A stretch of 64,000 nt of DNA from Utricularia gibba (Eukaryota > Plantae > Magnoliophyta), in contig NEEC01000004.1 of the NCBI GenBank assembly GCA_002189035.1, forward strand, positions 1,054,001 through 1,118,000. Direction: 5' to 3'. This document shows positions 50,598 to 63,855 of this stretch, piece after piece. A model generated the notes under the pieces. It did not search any database. It was not told the DNA's origin and was given only the letters and a program-made list of their open reading frames with translations. The position numbers were made by a program, and so were the translations under genes. The number at the start of each line of letters is the position of its first letter. Within the stretch, counting starts at the first letter, position 1.

Positions 50598-51844
50598 TAC
50601 GTCCTCTGTACACAACTCCTGTATAAAATAGAACAATTTGAAGGTCAACTCCTTCAGATTTTAGTATATTTTATTTCTGAAAAAGGAAAACGTTTTGTAA
50701 ATAACCTGGAAATTTTCTGGATATTTACAAGAACGATCCAATTTACCCACATGTTACTTTTTTTTGCACGCAACACGACTGCTCTAAATCTGCACGTGCG
50801 CAGTCCGCTCAGGAAATTGTCAATCTTTTAACTCCGAAACTTATCCAATGACTTCTTAATGGGTAATTGATTACTGTATGAAGTTTTTTTGTCAGAATTA
50901 ACACGCACGTGTTATAAATTAATGGACGAGCCGGTTCAGCCTTAATTACGATTGTCCTCCGGTTAGCTCGGTTCAGCGCTTATTGGTTACTGGACCTTGG
51001 CCCATGTTTGAAATAAATTCTGAACAGGCCCAGTTGTTGCTTCCAGGCCTGGTGAGGGTTCAGACATGAGAGATTGATCATGAGGCGGTTTCGAGTTCAG
51101 TATGATCGGAGACTCAGAAAGCGGAATTGGATTGAGTGTGGTGAGCACTGCGGTGTGAATCGTTCCTGAATGATTATTTTCTGGATTGTAGTCGATCGAT
51201 CGGAGATATTCTAATGGGTGACAATGGAAACTCCCTTCGGGCTATACGTTTTTCCCGGATCATTCTTGGTGTAAGTTATTACTTTGCGTGGTTCTTGTTG
51301 GCGATTGTTGTGATAGTAGATAGCTGCATTCACTAAACAGAGTTGAAGATCGGAATGTATACTGTTCGATGAGTGAATTGCCAGTTTTCTAGGAATTGAC
51401 TAAAAGAGATTTATGATGCACAGGAAATATCAACTGACAGGACAAATCCTCCGACATTGGTGGTCCATATGTAGATAGAACATGAGAGAGCCGCCGCCGC
51501 CTACACGAATTCCGTTAGTCTTTTTTATCTTTTCCATATTTGAGTTGTTGCCTGTGACTGTGAGCTATGGATTTACTGCAAGTAAATATTTGTTCCTTCA
51601 CATGACCTCGTTTCCGAGCTCTTCATTTCTCGCAACGTAGCCTGTAATCTCGCTCTCTATCAAAAGCAACCTAAGTAGTGGCCATTTATTGTCAATAAAT
51701 GAATGGAGGGTGATCGTTTGTATTCCATTTCATGTCTCGTTCTTGAGTATGCACTGAGAAAGCACAGAAGTTGGGAATGGGAAGGAGATAAGCGTTGTAT
51801 TCCATTCATCGTTCTGAAACTCTGGTTTCTGCGGCGTCACGTAA

Positions 51845-54306
51845 ATGGGTAGGGCAGCGTTTGGGCCTGCTACGATTCATGCGTTCCTCTTCTTCGTCTA
51901 CACCCTGTTTCCTCAGAGCGCTCGCAGTTTTTATCTCCCTGGTGTTGCGCCTCAAGACTTTGAAACGGTTTGTGGGCATCTTTTTTTACTTCAATCTTGG
52001 TGGCAGAATGTCATTGACCCGTTTTTCGTTCATGACATCCATTGAAGAGTGGGCTTGAAAGTTCATGTTAAAGGAGGGGATATTGAATCCTTGTGTGATA
52101 TTTTCAGATATTTGAATGAATAATGCAGGGTGATGTGCTGAATGTGAAGGTGAATAAATTGACTTCTATCAAGACCCAGCTTCCATATTCCTACTATTCT
52201 CTCCCATTTTGCCGCCCAGAAGCCATAGTTGACAGCAGAGAAAACCTTGGTGAAGTTCTGCATGGTGACCGCATTGAAAACTCCCCCTATGTGGTTAGTT
52301 TCTGTAATCATAGATTATGATCCTTAATCCTACCACATATTATTAAACCTTGCTTCTTCAGTTCAAGATGAGAGAACCGCAGCTATGCAATGTTGTTTGC
52401 CGAACTACACTTGATGCTGAAACTGCCAAGGAGTTTAAAGACAAAATCCAGGATGAATATCGTGTTAACATGTGGGTTCATTGTGGCATCCTTGGATTAT
52501 TGTTACTATATTTTTTAACTTGTATAGATACATTAATGGTGTGCTGATTTGCAGGATTTTAGATAATCTTCCTCTGGTTGTTCCTGTAACTCCAGGAGAG
52601 GGTCCTCTTTACCAATTGGGTTTTCATGTTGGTGTAAAAGGTCAATATGCAGCTGGAGTAAGTACTATGCAGTTTCCTTCGTATTTTTCGCTATACAGAG
52701 ATGACTGACGTACATAATATATGATTTTAAAACAGAGCAAAGATGAAACCTACTTTCTACACAATCATCTCAGATTCACTGTTCAGTTTCACAGAGATGA
52801 GTTAACTGATTCTGCAAGAGTTGTTGGTTTTGAAGTCACACCTTTTAGGTTGGTTCTTCTGCAGGAACACCCTTTATTTTCTCAAGCTTTTGACTTTTTT
52901 TGTTTAATGTTTTAGTGTCAAACATCAATACGAGGGGCAGTGGAATGAGACCACTCGTCTTACTACATGTGATCCACGTGAAAAAATAACAGTTTCCTCC
53001 TCAAACACTCCAATGGAAGTCCGAGATGGACAAGAAGTTATATTTACATATGATGTCAATTTCCAGGTTTTGAATGTAACATTTAGCATGCTTTTTGTAT
53101 ACATTTTTTCTTACGGTGGCTGATAGTGGAAGTCCTGAGTTGCAGGAGAGTGAGGTGAAATGGGCTTGGAGATGGGATCAGTATCTTCTCATGGGTGACA
53201 ACCAAATCCACTGGTTTTCCATTGTGAACTCTCTGATGATCGTGCTATTTCTTTCTGCCATGGTGGCGATGATAATGCTGCGAACCCTTTATCACGACAT
53301 CTCGAAATACAACGAACTCGAGACGCACGAGGAAGGAGCGCCAGAGGAAACTGGATGGAAACTCCTTCATGCTGATGTTTTCAGGCCCCCTGACCACTCT
53401 GATCTGCTATGCATCTATGTTGGAACAGGATCACAGTTCTTCGGCATGGTCCTTGTTACCATGATGTTTGCCGTTCTGGGATTTCTTTCCCCGGCAAACA
53501 GAGGCGGAATCATGACAGCCATGCTATTTCTGTGGGTTTTCATGGGAATCGTCGCCGGTTACACATCCTCCCGTCTGTACAAGATGTTCAAAGGAACAGA
53601 CTGGAAGAGATTAGCCATCCATACTGCCCTCCTCTTCCCCGGTACAGTCTTCGTCATCTTCTTTATACTCAACTTGCTAATCTGGGGTGAGAAATCCTCT
53701 GGTGCAGTCCCCTTTGGTACAATGTTCGCTCTAGTTCTGCTATGGTTCGGTATCTCACTTCCCCTTGTTTTCGCCGGCACCCTTATCGGACACCGGAAAC
53801 CGGCCATTGAATCTCCGGTTAAGACGAACAAGATACCACGACAGATCCCTAAGCAACAATGGTACATGAACCACATCTTTCAAATACTGATCGGAGGCAT
53901 TCTCCCATTCGGGGCGGTCTTCATTGAGCTCTTCTTCATACTAACCTCAATATGGCTCAACCAATTCTACTACATGTTCGGGTTTCTGTTCATCATCTTC
54001 ATCATCCTCATCATCACCTGCGCAGAGATGTCGATCGTTCTCTGCTACTTCCATTTATGCAGTGAGGATTACCTCTGGTGGTGGAGATCTTATCTTACCT
54101 CGGGATCCTCAGCACTTTACCTGTTCATATATGCAACCTTGTACTTCTTCGCCAAGCTGAATATCAGCAAGCCTGTTTCTGGTGTACTCTACTTTGGCTA
54201 CATGTTCATTGCTGCCTATTGCTTCTTCATTCTCACTGGAACCATTGGCTTCTATGCCTGCTTCGCCTTCACCAGGCTGATCTACTCCTCTGTCAAGGTG
54301 GATTGA
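51845..54306 (+). CDS. Transmembrane 9 superfamily protein (EMP70/TMN7-10-like)
   Basis: Signal peptide then [51 protein letters not shown], nine C-terminal TM helices, end IYSSVKVD* (KxD/E-like). Confidence 0.95.
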
Positions 54307-54428
54307 TTGACTCATCGGCGCAGGGACAGAAGGGAGGTCAGCTTCAGGTGATTCACAATGAGAATGCGCTGATTCTACTCTATCATGATCGGAATAAAAT
54401 AATGGAGGGATCTGTGTCACATGGTTTA

Positions 54429-54494
54429 CTTAATTTCATGTCGAATGTTCCTACACTTGTTCTTAATTTCATGTCGAATATTCCGACGCTTGTT
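54429..54494 (+). repeat. 33-bp tandem duplication (2 copies, 3 mismatches) in the TM9SF 3' region
   Basis: CTTAATTTCATGTCGAATGTTCCTACACTTGTT followed by CTTAATTTCATGTCGAATATTCCGACGCTTGTT. Confidence 0.9.
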
Positions 54495-54648
54495 TATCGG
54501 TGTGCTGTTTGCTAGCGATTCTCCGACGACCGGAATACATTCCCGCCGATACGGGATCGACATGAAACTCATGCTTTTTTTTTTTTAGCTTGAGAAGCAG
54601 CAAGTAGGTTTCTTTCCAGTGAAAACATAGTACAGGCACAAGTGTGAG

Positions 54649-54957
54649 CTACTTGCGAGGGCGAGTGTCTTCTGGGCCGGCGACTCCGGCGGCGACTTTG
54701 GCGACCTCGCTGGCGCTGGCCTCGGGCTTCTTCTTGATGTAGAGTGTCAAGTACCAGAGTCCACCGCAGAGGGCGAGGCCTCCGAGGAGCATCGTAGGCA
54801 TGCTGTACGGCATGCCCCGTCGTTGGTGGAGGAATCCGCCGGGGTTGGCACCCGGCGATCGTACGGATCCCTGGAGGCCGAGCCTTCTGACCTCCTCCGG
54901 GCTCATCTTGTGCGTCTCCGCATTCTTCCTTAGCTCTTCCCCTGTCCCGTTTCCCAT
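54649..54957 (-). CDS. Small uncharacterised single-pass membrane protein (102 aa)
   Basis: Intronless ORF MGNGTGEE...MSPEEVRR...PGANPGGFLHQRR, hydrophobic MLLGGLALCGGLWYLTLY, then KKKPEASA...PEDTRPRK*. The pattern resembles a recalled conserved plant family of unknown function. Confidence 0.75.
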   Translation of the reverse strand: MGNGTGEELRKNAETHKMSPEEVRRLGLQGSVRSPGANPGGFLHQRRGMPYSMPTMLLGGLALCGGLWYLTLYIKKKPEASASEVAKVAAGVAGPEDTRPRK

Positions 54958-55023
54958 TTTTCTGTTGCTGCGTCTACCCGAAGAGGCTTGAAGAAGGTGA
55001 AAGGTACTGTAGCAGCATTGATG

Positions 55024-55051
55024 CACGTGTCATATATCGCCGACACGTGGC
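55024..55051. promoter_or_regulatory. Paired ABRE/G-box elements upstream of the small membrane protein gene
   Basis: CACGTGTC (55024-55031) and GACACGTGGC (55042-55051), 70-95 bp upstream of the minus-strand ATG. Confidence 0.7.
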
Positions 55052-55640
55052 GCGATGCATGTCCGAAGTGTTAGATTAAAACCATAATTAATTATAAAAC
55101 GTTTATTTAATTAGAAATATTCAAGGAAAGGAAGCTGGTTGGCCGCCGAGAACTGGGCATTGAAAGCCTGCGCCGTTTTGATCCTCTGCCTCTGCGCCAT
55201 TTCCACAAATCCGTTTCATGTGCGTTTCTTCCTCCAGGCCAAGCGAAGCGAAGCATGTCGCATCTCTATCTATCAAGATCCCACAGTTGTGGAGATAAAT
55301 ATGGAAACAATATTATTCTGATAACACGATTGGTTTATCTATCAATGGATAATCATCCGTATCTTGGGAGGAGGAGGAGGAAGAGATACAACGATATAAC
55401 TCCTTTCTTTCACCAACCACACACTACTTTTCTCATACTCTCGCCGGCCGCCTAGTAGGCTATTATCAATTTATATATAGTTCCTGGGTTTGCCCCCCTG
55501 GAATTCAGCCAAAGGGAATCCGGCCGAATTGCTTTTCTTCCCAATTCCTTGACTTTATTGAAGGGGGTTTTGCTTCTTTGTGGAATTTTTGTGTATACGG
55601 TTGAATTGGGTTTGTGCCGTTTCTCTAAAGTTGTGGTGGG

Positions 55641-56422
55641 ATGGATGGTTTATCGAGGAAAAAGGCGAAGAGGGCTTCTACGGATGTGGGAATACGGAAC
55701 GCTAACTATCAAAATCTTTTGAATAAGTACTTGGAGTTGCAAAAGGTTGGAAAGTTTTGCTTTTTTTTGTTGTAATCTTTGTATGTGTATGTGATTTGAA
55801 GTTCGAATGGTTAGTTTTGTTGTTTTGCGTACTCTTGGTAAGAGAATTGTTACATAATCAATCTTCTGTTGACTGTGGGGCTCTTGCTTTCTGTTGATGC
55901 TAGGAATGCGTCTCCAGAAAGGAAAAACGGCGAACTGCGTTACTAAAAAGAGACATACTTCTGGGTGAAGTGAGGTGCGAACGTGGTCAATCAGTCTCTT
56001 GATATCTGGGAAATACTGTAACACTTATCATCGATGATTTTGACCTTTATGTGTTTCTTCTACTTCCAAAGGTTCTTGAGGAAGAGGAGAAAAAGTTTAT
56101 TAAAAAGCCAAGCTCCCATTGCTTATCAACAAATCGCCTCCTCGCCCTTGGATCCAAATTGTTCCTTCGCAGTAAGCCTGATGGGATTCTTTTAATCAGC
56201 ATTAACACACCAGCACCCTTAGAGTCCTTTGACTGTTTGGACTCCCTCACCTTACTGTTTTCTTTGCTGATGTTGAAGGGAAAACAGGGAATTGAGATGG
56301 CTGGGGCTCTACATACCCGTAGTGTTGCTGCAAAAACTGGGAAGAAGACGAAGAATCATCAACATGGAATTGGGAAACAGAGCAAATGTTGGAATGGTGA
56401 AGGTGCCCCCTTGAAGGTCTGA
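55641..56422 (+). CDS. Uncharacterised plant basic coiled-coil protein (At4g30630/At5g57910-like family); 4 exons
   Basis: Spliced model MDGLSRKKAKR...YQNLLNKYLELQK|ECVSRK...DILLGEVR|FLRKRRKSLLK...|...KCWNGEGAPLKV*. The EVRFLR core and W...LKV end resemble this family as recalled. Confidence 0.7.
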
Positions 56423-57230
56423 AATTTCTGCAGATCGGAACTTGCTAACCGGAAGTTACATTATTAGGAGGAATTACTTTGCCTATAATTTAAGAGATTA
56501 TGCTGATTGGCAATGGCACAAGCATACATTTTGGTTTGATACACTTGATTTTCTTTCCCTACCCTGTCTTTTGGCTGCATGGTTGTATGTTTACTATTCT
56601 CAAAAAAATGTTGCATCATTTAGATTCAACGAAAGAAGAGGAAGCTGAAATGCTTCCACTCTCAAATCACATCATTAGTATTTCTATTGTAATGCTGTTT
56701 CTTGTCCCTGATAAACATTAGCCCCATGTGCAACCTGTTCATCTACTCGGACGGCCTCAGTTTCTCTGCATCTTCTTCTGTGTGTCGTTATCGCCCTGAA
56801 AGCTATGGATGCTGTAGCAATTTGCCAATCCTCATACAAATACATCAACTCCTTCAGGATTACCATGGGCTGATCTCAGGACGCAGTGAGGATGAGGAGT
56901 GCATCCAACACCTAAATCTAACGTTTGCTATAAAATTTCTCAGGATGATATGAGCTGCTCCTGCTGCTTCTACTCAATCCAGCATCTTTGATGGGTAGTT
57001 TAAAACTCATCAGACTGACAGAAATGGGATGAAGGTACCTGGCTGGCCTCCAAACGGGAGGTGTTGTGGTTCTTGTAATTTTGAGGCCCCATTCGCAGCA
57101 GGCAGGACATCACATTGTAATTTTGGAATTCTCTTTTCCTTATGTAGCAGGAATACAAATAAAAGAACAAGCAATTCAAATGTAGCATTTTCAAACCATT
57201 TCTTATTCGTTTGCTGCAAAAACCAGTTAT

Positions 57231-58387
57231 CTAGTGATGGTACTTCTGACCTTTGAGAATAGTCCAGGCCCTGCGGTGCATTGAGATTGGATGCTAAATT
57301 TTCCTTTGATTGGAAACAAGTAACAGAGAGTAGGTAAACCTATGGATATAGTTCTTACCGATAAAGCTGTTCAACCAGAACTACTAAAGCGATTTCATGA
57401 TTTAGGACCAAAGATGAGAGGCGAACCACAACATCGGCCCTCTTTCTCAACTGCTGTCCATGCCCATAAGGCCCCCCAATGCAGAAAACTATGGCTGAAG
57501 CCCCCTTAGAAGAGGAAGGACATATGATAAAACTTTCTTTCAATAATGATATCCACGCAGGGTATATGAGTTGAGCTTTAGAGGGTGGTTCATACTGTGT
57601 TTGCGGCATCTGCAATTAGAGAGGCCATTTGTCGAGAACTAATGTCAGATCCATGTTCGTCTAACATCACAATCTGACCAAAAAATGAGCCATGGATGAA
57701 AATTTAGGATTGGGGGCAATACTTTATTATGAAAAAGAGAATCAGCGTATGAAAATCGAAGATTCTATCGGTTATCATGGAGAACAAAAAGGAGAAAGTA
57801 ATGAGATGGTCTACCCAATCGCTAGGCTTGATGAGGCACATCACAGCGGCATCTTCATGTTCAACCTGTGCCTTTTCATGCCTGTCCGGAAAGCATTCCC
57901 ATAGAAGAATCCTTAGGACCAAGACACATGCTTTTCCAGCAGCATTCATCCCCAAAGCAGTTACAACTAAAAAACTCACCGGGCATTCTTGGGATTGGAC
58001 TTGATTCTCACATCCTCCACAGGGCAAAAACGCTTGAGCTTTTCCACATATTCATCACATATGAGCTTAACCCCCAATGACCTATTCTTCCCTACACTCA
58101 GAATCCGGATTGGCAATGGCCTCTGCAACAAGACAACCGTAAGCTCTCTACAAGATCCATCCAAATTACTGATAAAGTAGTGAGTTTTTCCAGATTCTTT
58201 TACCACAGCCTGACCCCGTCCTATGTAATCAGTTGGAGTACCTGAATTGCAAGACTAAACCTCATTGAGCGAAAGTTAATGGGCTCCGAAAATTGAAAAA
58301 AAAAAATCGAATACATTAACCTGGAGGAGAAGGGTAGTGCGTTTTTCCATTGGAGGAAAAAACAGTTCCCAATTTTCCATAGCCCAT
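57231..58387 (-). CDS. RlmH-like SPOUT rRNA (m3Psi1915) methyltransferase (At5g10620-like)
   Basis: [70 protein letters not shown]. The start codon is less certain. Confidence 0.9.
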
Positions 58388-59076
58388 ACAACTGCAGTCC
58401 AGTGCAACTAACAAAACTTGGAGACAGCAACCTTGTTGCTGAATAGATAACCCACGATAAGGAAATGTCCCTCCATTGCAGCGTAGTCACCAAATAATAA
58501 GAAATGAAGCATGCACTCCCAATCAAAACACAAAAGCCGGCCTTGTCCAAAAGCGTAGTTAGTCACCACAGAAACCATATACTCGAATGAACAGTACCCG
58601 AAGCATTTCAGAAAGAGTCGCGAGCACAAAAATAAATGGACAGCAAATAAGTGCTTCACTCAAGCATTTCATCAAACATAACGCATGCAAAGAAACCACA
58701 TTTTATTCAATCAGGCATTATTGACCTCCTCCACAACGAACCAAGCGCAGAAGAATATAGGCGAGACACGCAGTACGTCGTTTCGCGTCCGCCACGGCGG
58801 TAGACTGAAGACGCCAAAGTCTCGGCCAGAGGTAAAGGCGTTGTTGTGTTTTGATATAACAGCTAGCGGCGTGATATCTTATCGCGGGTTACTTCTCTCA
58901 TGTCGTAGATTTGAGTTCTGAAATTTATGGTGCAGCTTTCAACGTTTCATGGGTTGCCTTATAAATTTGAATCGTCGTTTCGGAACCACGATCGTAGCTC
59001 AGAAACTCCGAAGGATTTCATTTCTCAGAGGGGTCTTTCTTGCTGACTTTACAGATGACAAACCCGTTCATGTGAA

Positions 59077-60296
59077 TCACTTGAGCCTGTTGAAGACAAA
59101 CAGAGAGCCTCTCGACCCCATCCCAAGTCTGATCTTCTCATCGATGTATGTGATTTGGAGTTTCACCTCACTCTGCCCACCATATCTCAAATCCAAACCT
59201 CCAACTTTCAGTTCTGGTGCCTCAAAGACTACTTTTATCCATTTCCCATCCAAAACTGTCAGTTTTCCTGCAATACAAACACCTCGTTAGCTTAGATCTG
59301 TCTTGAATCACAAAAGGAAACATCTTCATAACAGAACGAAACCAGACTAGTTACCCTTCAATGACACCTCCCCATCGAAGATGCCAAGCACAGAAAATGA
59401 GACCTTGTTTTTCACCACATCAGGGGCTTCAACAGTTTGCACCATTTCCTTCGTTTTGAATACAAGACGACCGATTGTACTTCGATACCCGCCCCCAGGG
59501 GAGGTCGGGTTTGAGCAATACACTACATCCCAATCTGCATTCAATCATAAACAAGAATTGAAAAGTTGATAACCTTCATCTATGGAGGTGGGCTGTTGAA
59601 GAGAAGCCGAGCTCTTCACCTCCAAATATAAGTGGGGATGCAACAGGATTTTCAATGCAAAACCTTCCCAACTCATCAGCCACCTCACCAACCTTTTTGT
59701 GATCGTCTTTTTTCAACAGCACTCCTCTGTCTGTTCCTACAACCTACTGAAAAAATAAGCCTCAGCTATTCTTCATACGGAAGACCTTCTACGTCTTCCA
59801 AAGTTGGTTTTTCACACTTCGGGATTGTTTAGTGCTCCATGTTTATCCATGTAGAGAAAGAAAGTATGCGAAGCAAAAACCTTTTCAAAAAAATTCATCC
59901 TACTTCTGTATAGATCACAGCAGGTAGCAGCAAATAGAAGCAAGAGATTAAAAAACGATTTTTGTATAACTAGATCTTGGATGCCATCCCTTCCCTGTTC
60001 AATATATTAATTTCACAAAACTAGGTATATGATGTTAAAATCCTAGGGCAAATCTCCAAAATCGAACAAAGTGCTACTGTTTTACATCATGAAAAGAAGC
60101 GAACCTTGGAAAGAATATCATTGACCAAATCCGCCTGCTTCGTTGGGTACGAAACCACTGAAGATGCACTCACATGAGCAGCAGAGGAGCCTGATCGGAG
60201 ACTGCAAGGAAGCCGAACGGGATTCCCGTTGGAGTTCCTCGTCGGGAAGGACGTCGGAGGAATTTTAACAAATGCATTCGCTGCAATGACCGCCAT
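59077..60296 (-). CDS. FBN6: Plastid lipid-associated protein / fibrillin FBN6 (PAP8, At5g19940)-like; 4 exons
   Basis: Transit peptide, DILSKVVGTDRGV, PLIFGDWDVVYCSNPTSPGGGYRSTIGRL, EVKLQITYIDEKIRLGMGSRGSLFVF. Confidence 0.9.
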
Positions 60297-62092
60297 TTTT
60301 GTACGGATTTCTTCTCCTCGCTGTCGCAGTTTAGTGGCGATGGTTCCATCGTGGTGAAGGATTATCAGCAGCCATTGATTTTCAGCACTTGAAAATCTCA
60401 AGAATCCATTTTATTGGTCCAAGTTCCGCCACGTCTACTCGCTCTTCTATTACCAAATCTGGTTCTGGAATAGTCGCCGCCCAAAAAAAAAAACTTTATT
60501 AATATAATTATATATATATATATATAATATTCAAATACTAAACTCATATTAAAAATTAAAGATAATATTTAAATTTAGGTAAATTATACTTTAATAACAC
60601 TACATTTAATTATACTAAAATTTAAATGCCAAAAAGGACCCGTGGTTGATATACAATGTTTAATGTTATCTATATTATTTTAACATAATGAGAAAATTAA
60701 GCTTCAACCTTTTAAAAATTAGTTTTTAATATTTTAGTAATCATCAATTTGATATAAATAATATTAATTATTTAAAATAATTGGCATAATTAGTTTCTAA
60801 TCATTTAAAATTTTGATAAATTTAGTTCTGATTTTATTTTTTGAAGAATTAAAAACTAATTATGTTCGATATTTAAACAGTAAATTACCAAATATATATA
60901 TAATACTAAACTTTGAGGATCAATCATATATAGTACATACATAAAACTTTAAAAATTTATTTTGTGATTACGAAGTACATAATTATATTACACGAAAATA
61001 GTAAACTTTGGGATTTTTTTGACGTAATTTTATCGTTTAAAACAAATGTAAGGGAAGAATAATTTGCAAGGCTAAACGTGATTAGCGAGCATAATCTTGA
61101 TTCTGGTGTGAATGAACTCCACACGGAATCTGAAAGAAGAAAGCAACTTAACAAGTGATTCTCACACACAGAATTGTCTTCCTCCCGACATCTGCTTCTG
61201 TGTTTCCCATATTCGTTGGTATGTCATTTTCCAATTTCAGTTTTTGATGATTGAGATTCAAATATTACTCAGAATACTTTGCAATCTGAATTCTTTTGCG
61301 TGTGCATGATCCCGACCAATATCGTCTCTGCTTTCTTCTGTCCCACCTCCGTTTGGAGTACGTTTGACTCGGTGTCAAAAAAGGAAAAGTTGGAACTTTG
61401 TTTTTACCTGGTCTTCAATTGCCGACCGAAATAAAATGAGGAAAAGGGATCACAATAATCGGTGGTGAAGGAGATATCCCCACCATTCGGGTTGCGGCTG
61501 TGTTTCTTCTTCTTCAACTTCTTGTTTGTTAGCTTGTCTTTAACCACAGAAACGAACGGTGGTGAACTGGGCTATAACTCCTTTAATTGCCGTCGTTCCG
61601 GAGTTTGATGCAAAATTTTAAATTTATTCATGTATCTATCTTGTTTGATTGATCTATCCCGTGCGTCCTCTCATCTCTTTGTGGGTTTCTTTTAAAATAA
61701 CCTGAATCCCGTTTTTGTGTCGATTACTCCTTTTCACGTTTCTTGCTTTGTCGAAACTATCTAAGGTTGAGCATTCTTCGGTTTCTGGGTGTGAAAAAAG
61801 GAGTTGCCTTCCGGATTCCTGCAGGTGTAAGGGAAAGGGAAGCTGTCACAGATGAAGTGATTGTCGAAGCACTAGGGACAGGGGAAGCTATCTGTGATTG
61901 AATTTTGAAAAGCTTGAATTTGGAGATGATCATACAGTCCAAAGAAATCCTAGAAAATTCTGAGCTTACTGTGTTGTGAACTTGATTCTTATTGATTGCT
62001 TGTAAGCTTTGTTTGTCTGGGAACCAAGTCTAGCTTCGACTCCTTCTGCTTATTGTTTACATCTACTTGACATTGCAGCTACTCCGAAAGTC

Positions 62093-63021
62093 ATGGTTGG
62101 AGACCGCCCCAAAGATTTCCATTTTCAGAAAGAAGAGATTGAGTTGTTCACGAACCTGGACGATGTCACCTGCCCCATCTGCTTGAACTTTCCTCACAAT
62201 GCTGTCCTCCTGAAATGCACTTCCTATGCAAAGGGATGTCGGTTTTTCGTTTGCAATACAAGCCATTTGCATTCCAACTGTCTGGTACGCTTCATACAAG
62301 AAAATGGGATGCCACATGCCTCTCAAGCCCTGAGCTCCACAGAGAATTTGAACTTTCCGGCCTCAGGATCTCAGATCAGGCCGGTGTGCCCGCTCTGCCG
62401 AGGACTCGTTTGCGAGTTTGTTGTATCGGATTGGGTGCGCATGCTATTGGATGGCAAGATAAGATGCTGCGAAGAGGAGAAGTGTATATTCAGCGGCACT
62501 TACACAGAGCTTCAAAAGCACTCGCAAGTTGAACATCCTCACGCTTGCCCTTCAAAAGTTGATCCAGCAAGGCAGCTTGATTGGGAAAACTTGCAGCAGT
62601 CGTCGGCGGCAATCGATGTTTTGAGCACTATCCGATCATCGTTTCCGAATAGCGTGGTTTTTGGAGACTATGTTATAGAATACGGGGGAGAGAGCTCTGT
62701 GGATGACTTTCCCAGAGATCATGGAAACTGGTGGAATTGCTGCGTACCTTGCCAGGTTTTTACCAGTTTCAGGAGACACAGAAACAGGAGAAGCTCAAGA
62801 AACAGCAGCCAGTCACTCCCACCTTCCGGATCCGAGGAGACCGACGAGGATTTAGTCAATGCAGTGAGACTCGCTAGGCGGCGAGCCGAACAACGCAGGT
62901 CAGGGGAAGGGGAAGCTGCATACCCGTCTGTTTCGTTCATTATAACTTTACCTCTTCCAATGAATTATCTGCCTGCAATTTCAGTCACCGGAGGCGCCGC
63001 CCCCGCCTCCGTTCCAGCTAG
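62093..63021 (+). CDS. DUF1644 zinc-binding domain protein
   Basis: DVTCPICLNFPHNAVLLKC...CNTSHLHSNC, PVCPLCRG, CEEEKCIFSGTY...HPHACPSKVDPARQLDW, VVFGDYVIE. The 3' end is 63021 with a 59-nt intron, or 63142 if unspliced. Confidence 0.88.
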
Positions 63022-63855
63022 GCGAAAGATGAGATCAAATGCCCCGGAACAAAAAGGGCTGGCAGTGGCGGTGGGAAACCATAGAACCCCAAGGCCCTGG
63101 TTCAGTGGTTGTTGTGCTTCTCAACATTCATCAGCCTGCTAGTTATCTTGTTCATAGTTCTTTCTTGCAGAACCATTTGCTCTATTTGTTCCTCCAACCA
63201 ACTTCTAAATGATTTGCTTATAACAAACAAAATTGTATATATTGCATAGGCTGCTTTTCTTGAAAACAAGGAGATTCCAAAAATCACAATTTCAGGTAAT
63301 AATTTTAGGTTGTTATATCAAACCAACAAAAATGTTATTCATTAATTTAAATTTATCAAATGATCAATTTATTAAATTTTTTTATTTAAATTAAATGAAT
63401 AAAAATTTATCTCGTTTATAAATATGTAAATAAGTAAGTATATATTTATTTATATTTAAAATTAATTAAATATATATAATATATTTTACTAATTTAAATT
63501 TAAACACAAAAATATTATATATATATATATATGTATGGTTTGTTTTCTTATTATTCTGAAAATTCAATGAAGAAAACTGCAAAGACTAAATCGTGACTTA
63601 TTTTTTATTTTCATAAATAAAATATAATAATCAACAACAAAAGCAATCGAGGCTGTACAGACGGAGATGCCAAGGGCTATCCAAGACAAGAGAGAAGAAG
63701 ACAGAAAGACTTCGGCCCTTCTGCGGCTTGCACTTCAATGAATCTTGTACGGAAAACATTTTGAAAAAATAGCAAATCCACTGGAGAAAAGCAAATTGCA
63801 ACAGCTCCTCCGTCTATTATCATATTACACAATTAGCCCACGACCGCCCAAGTTC

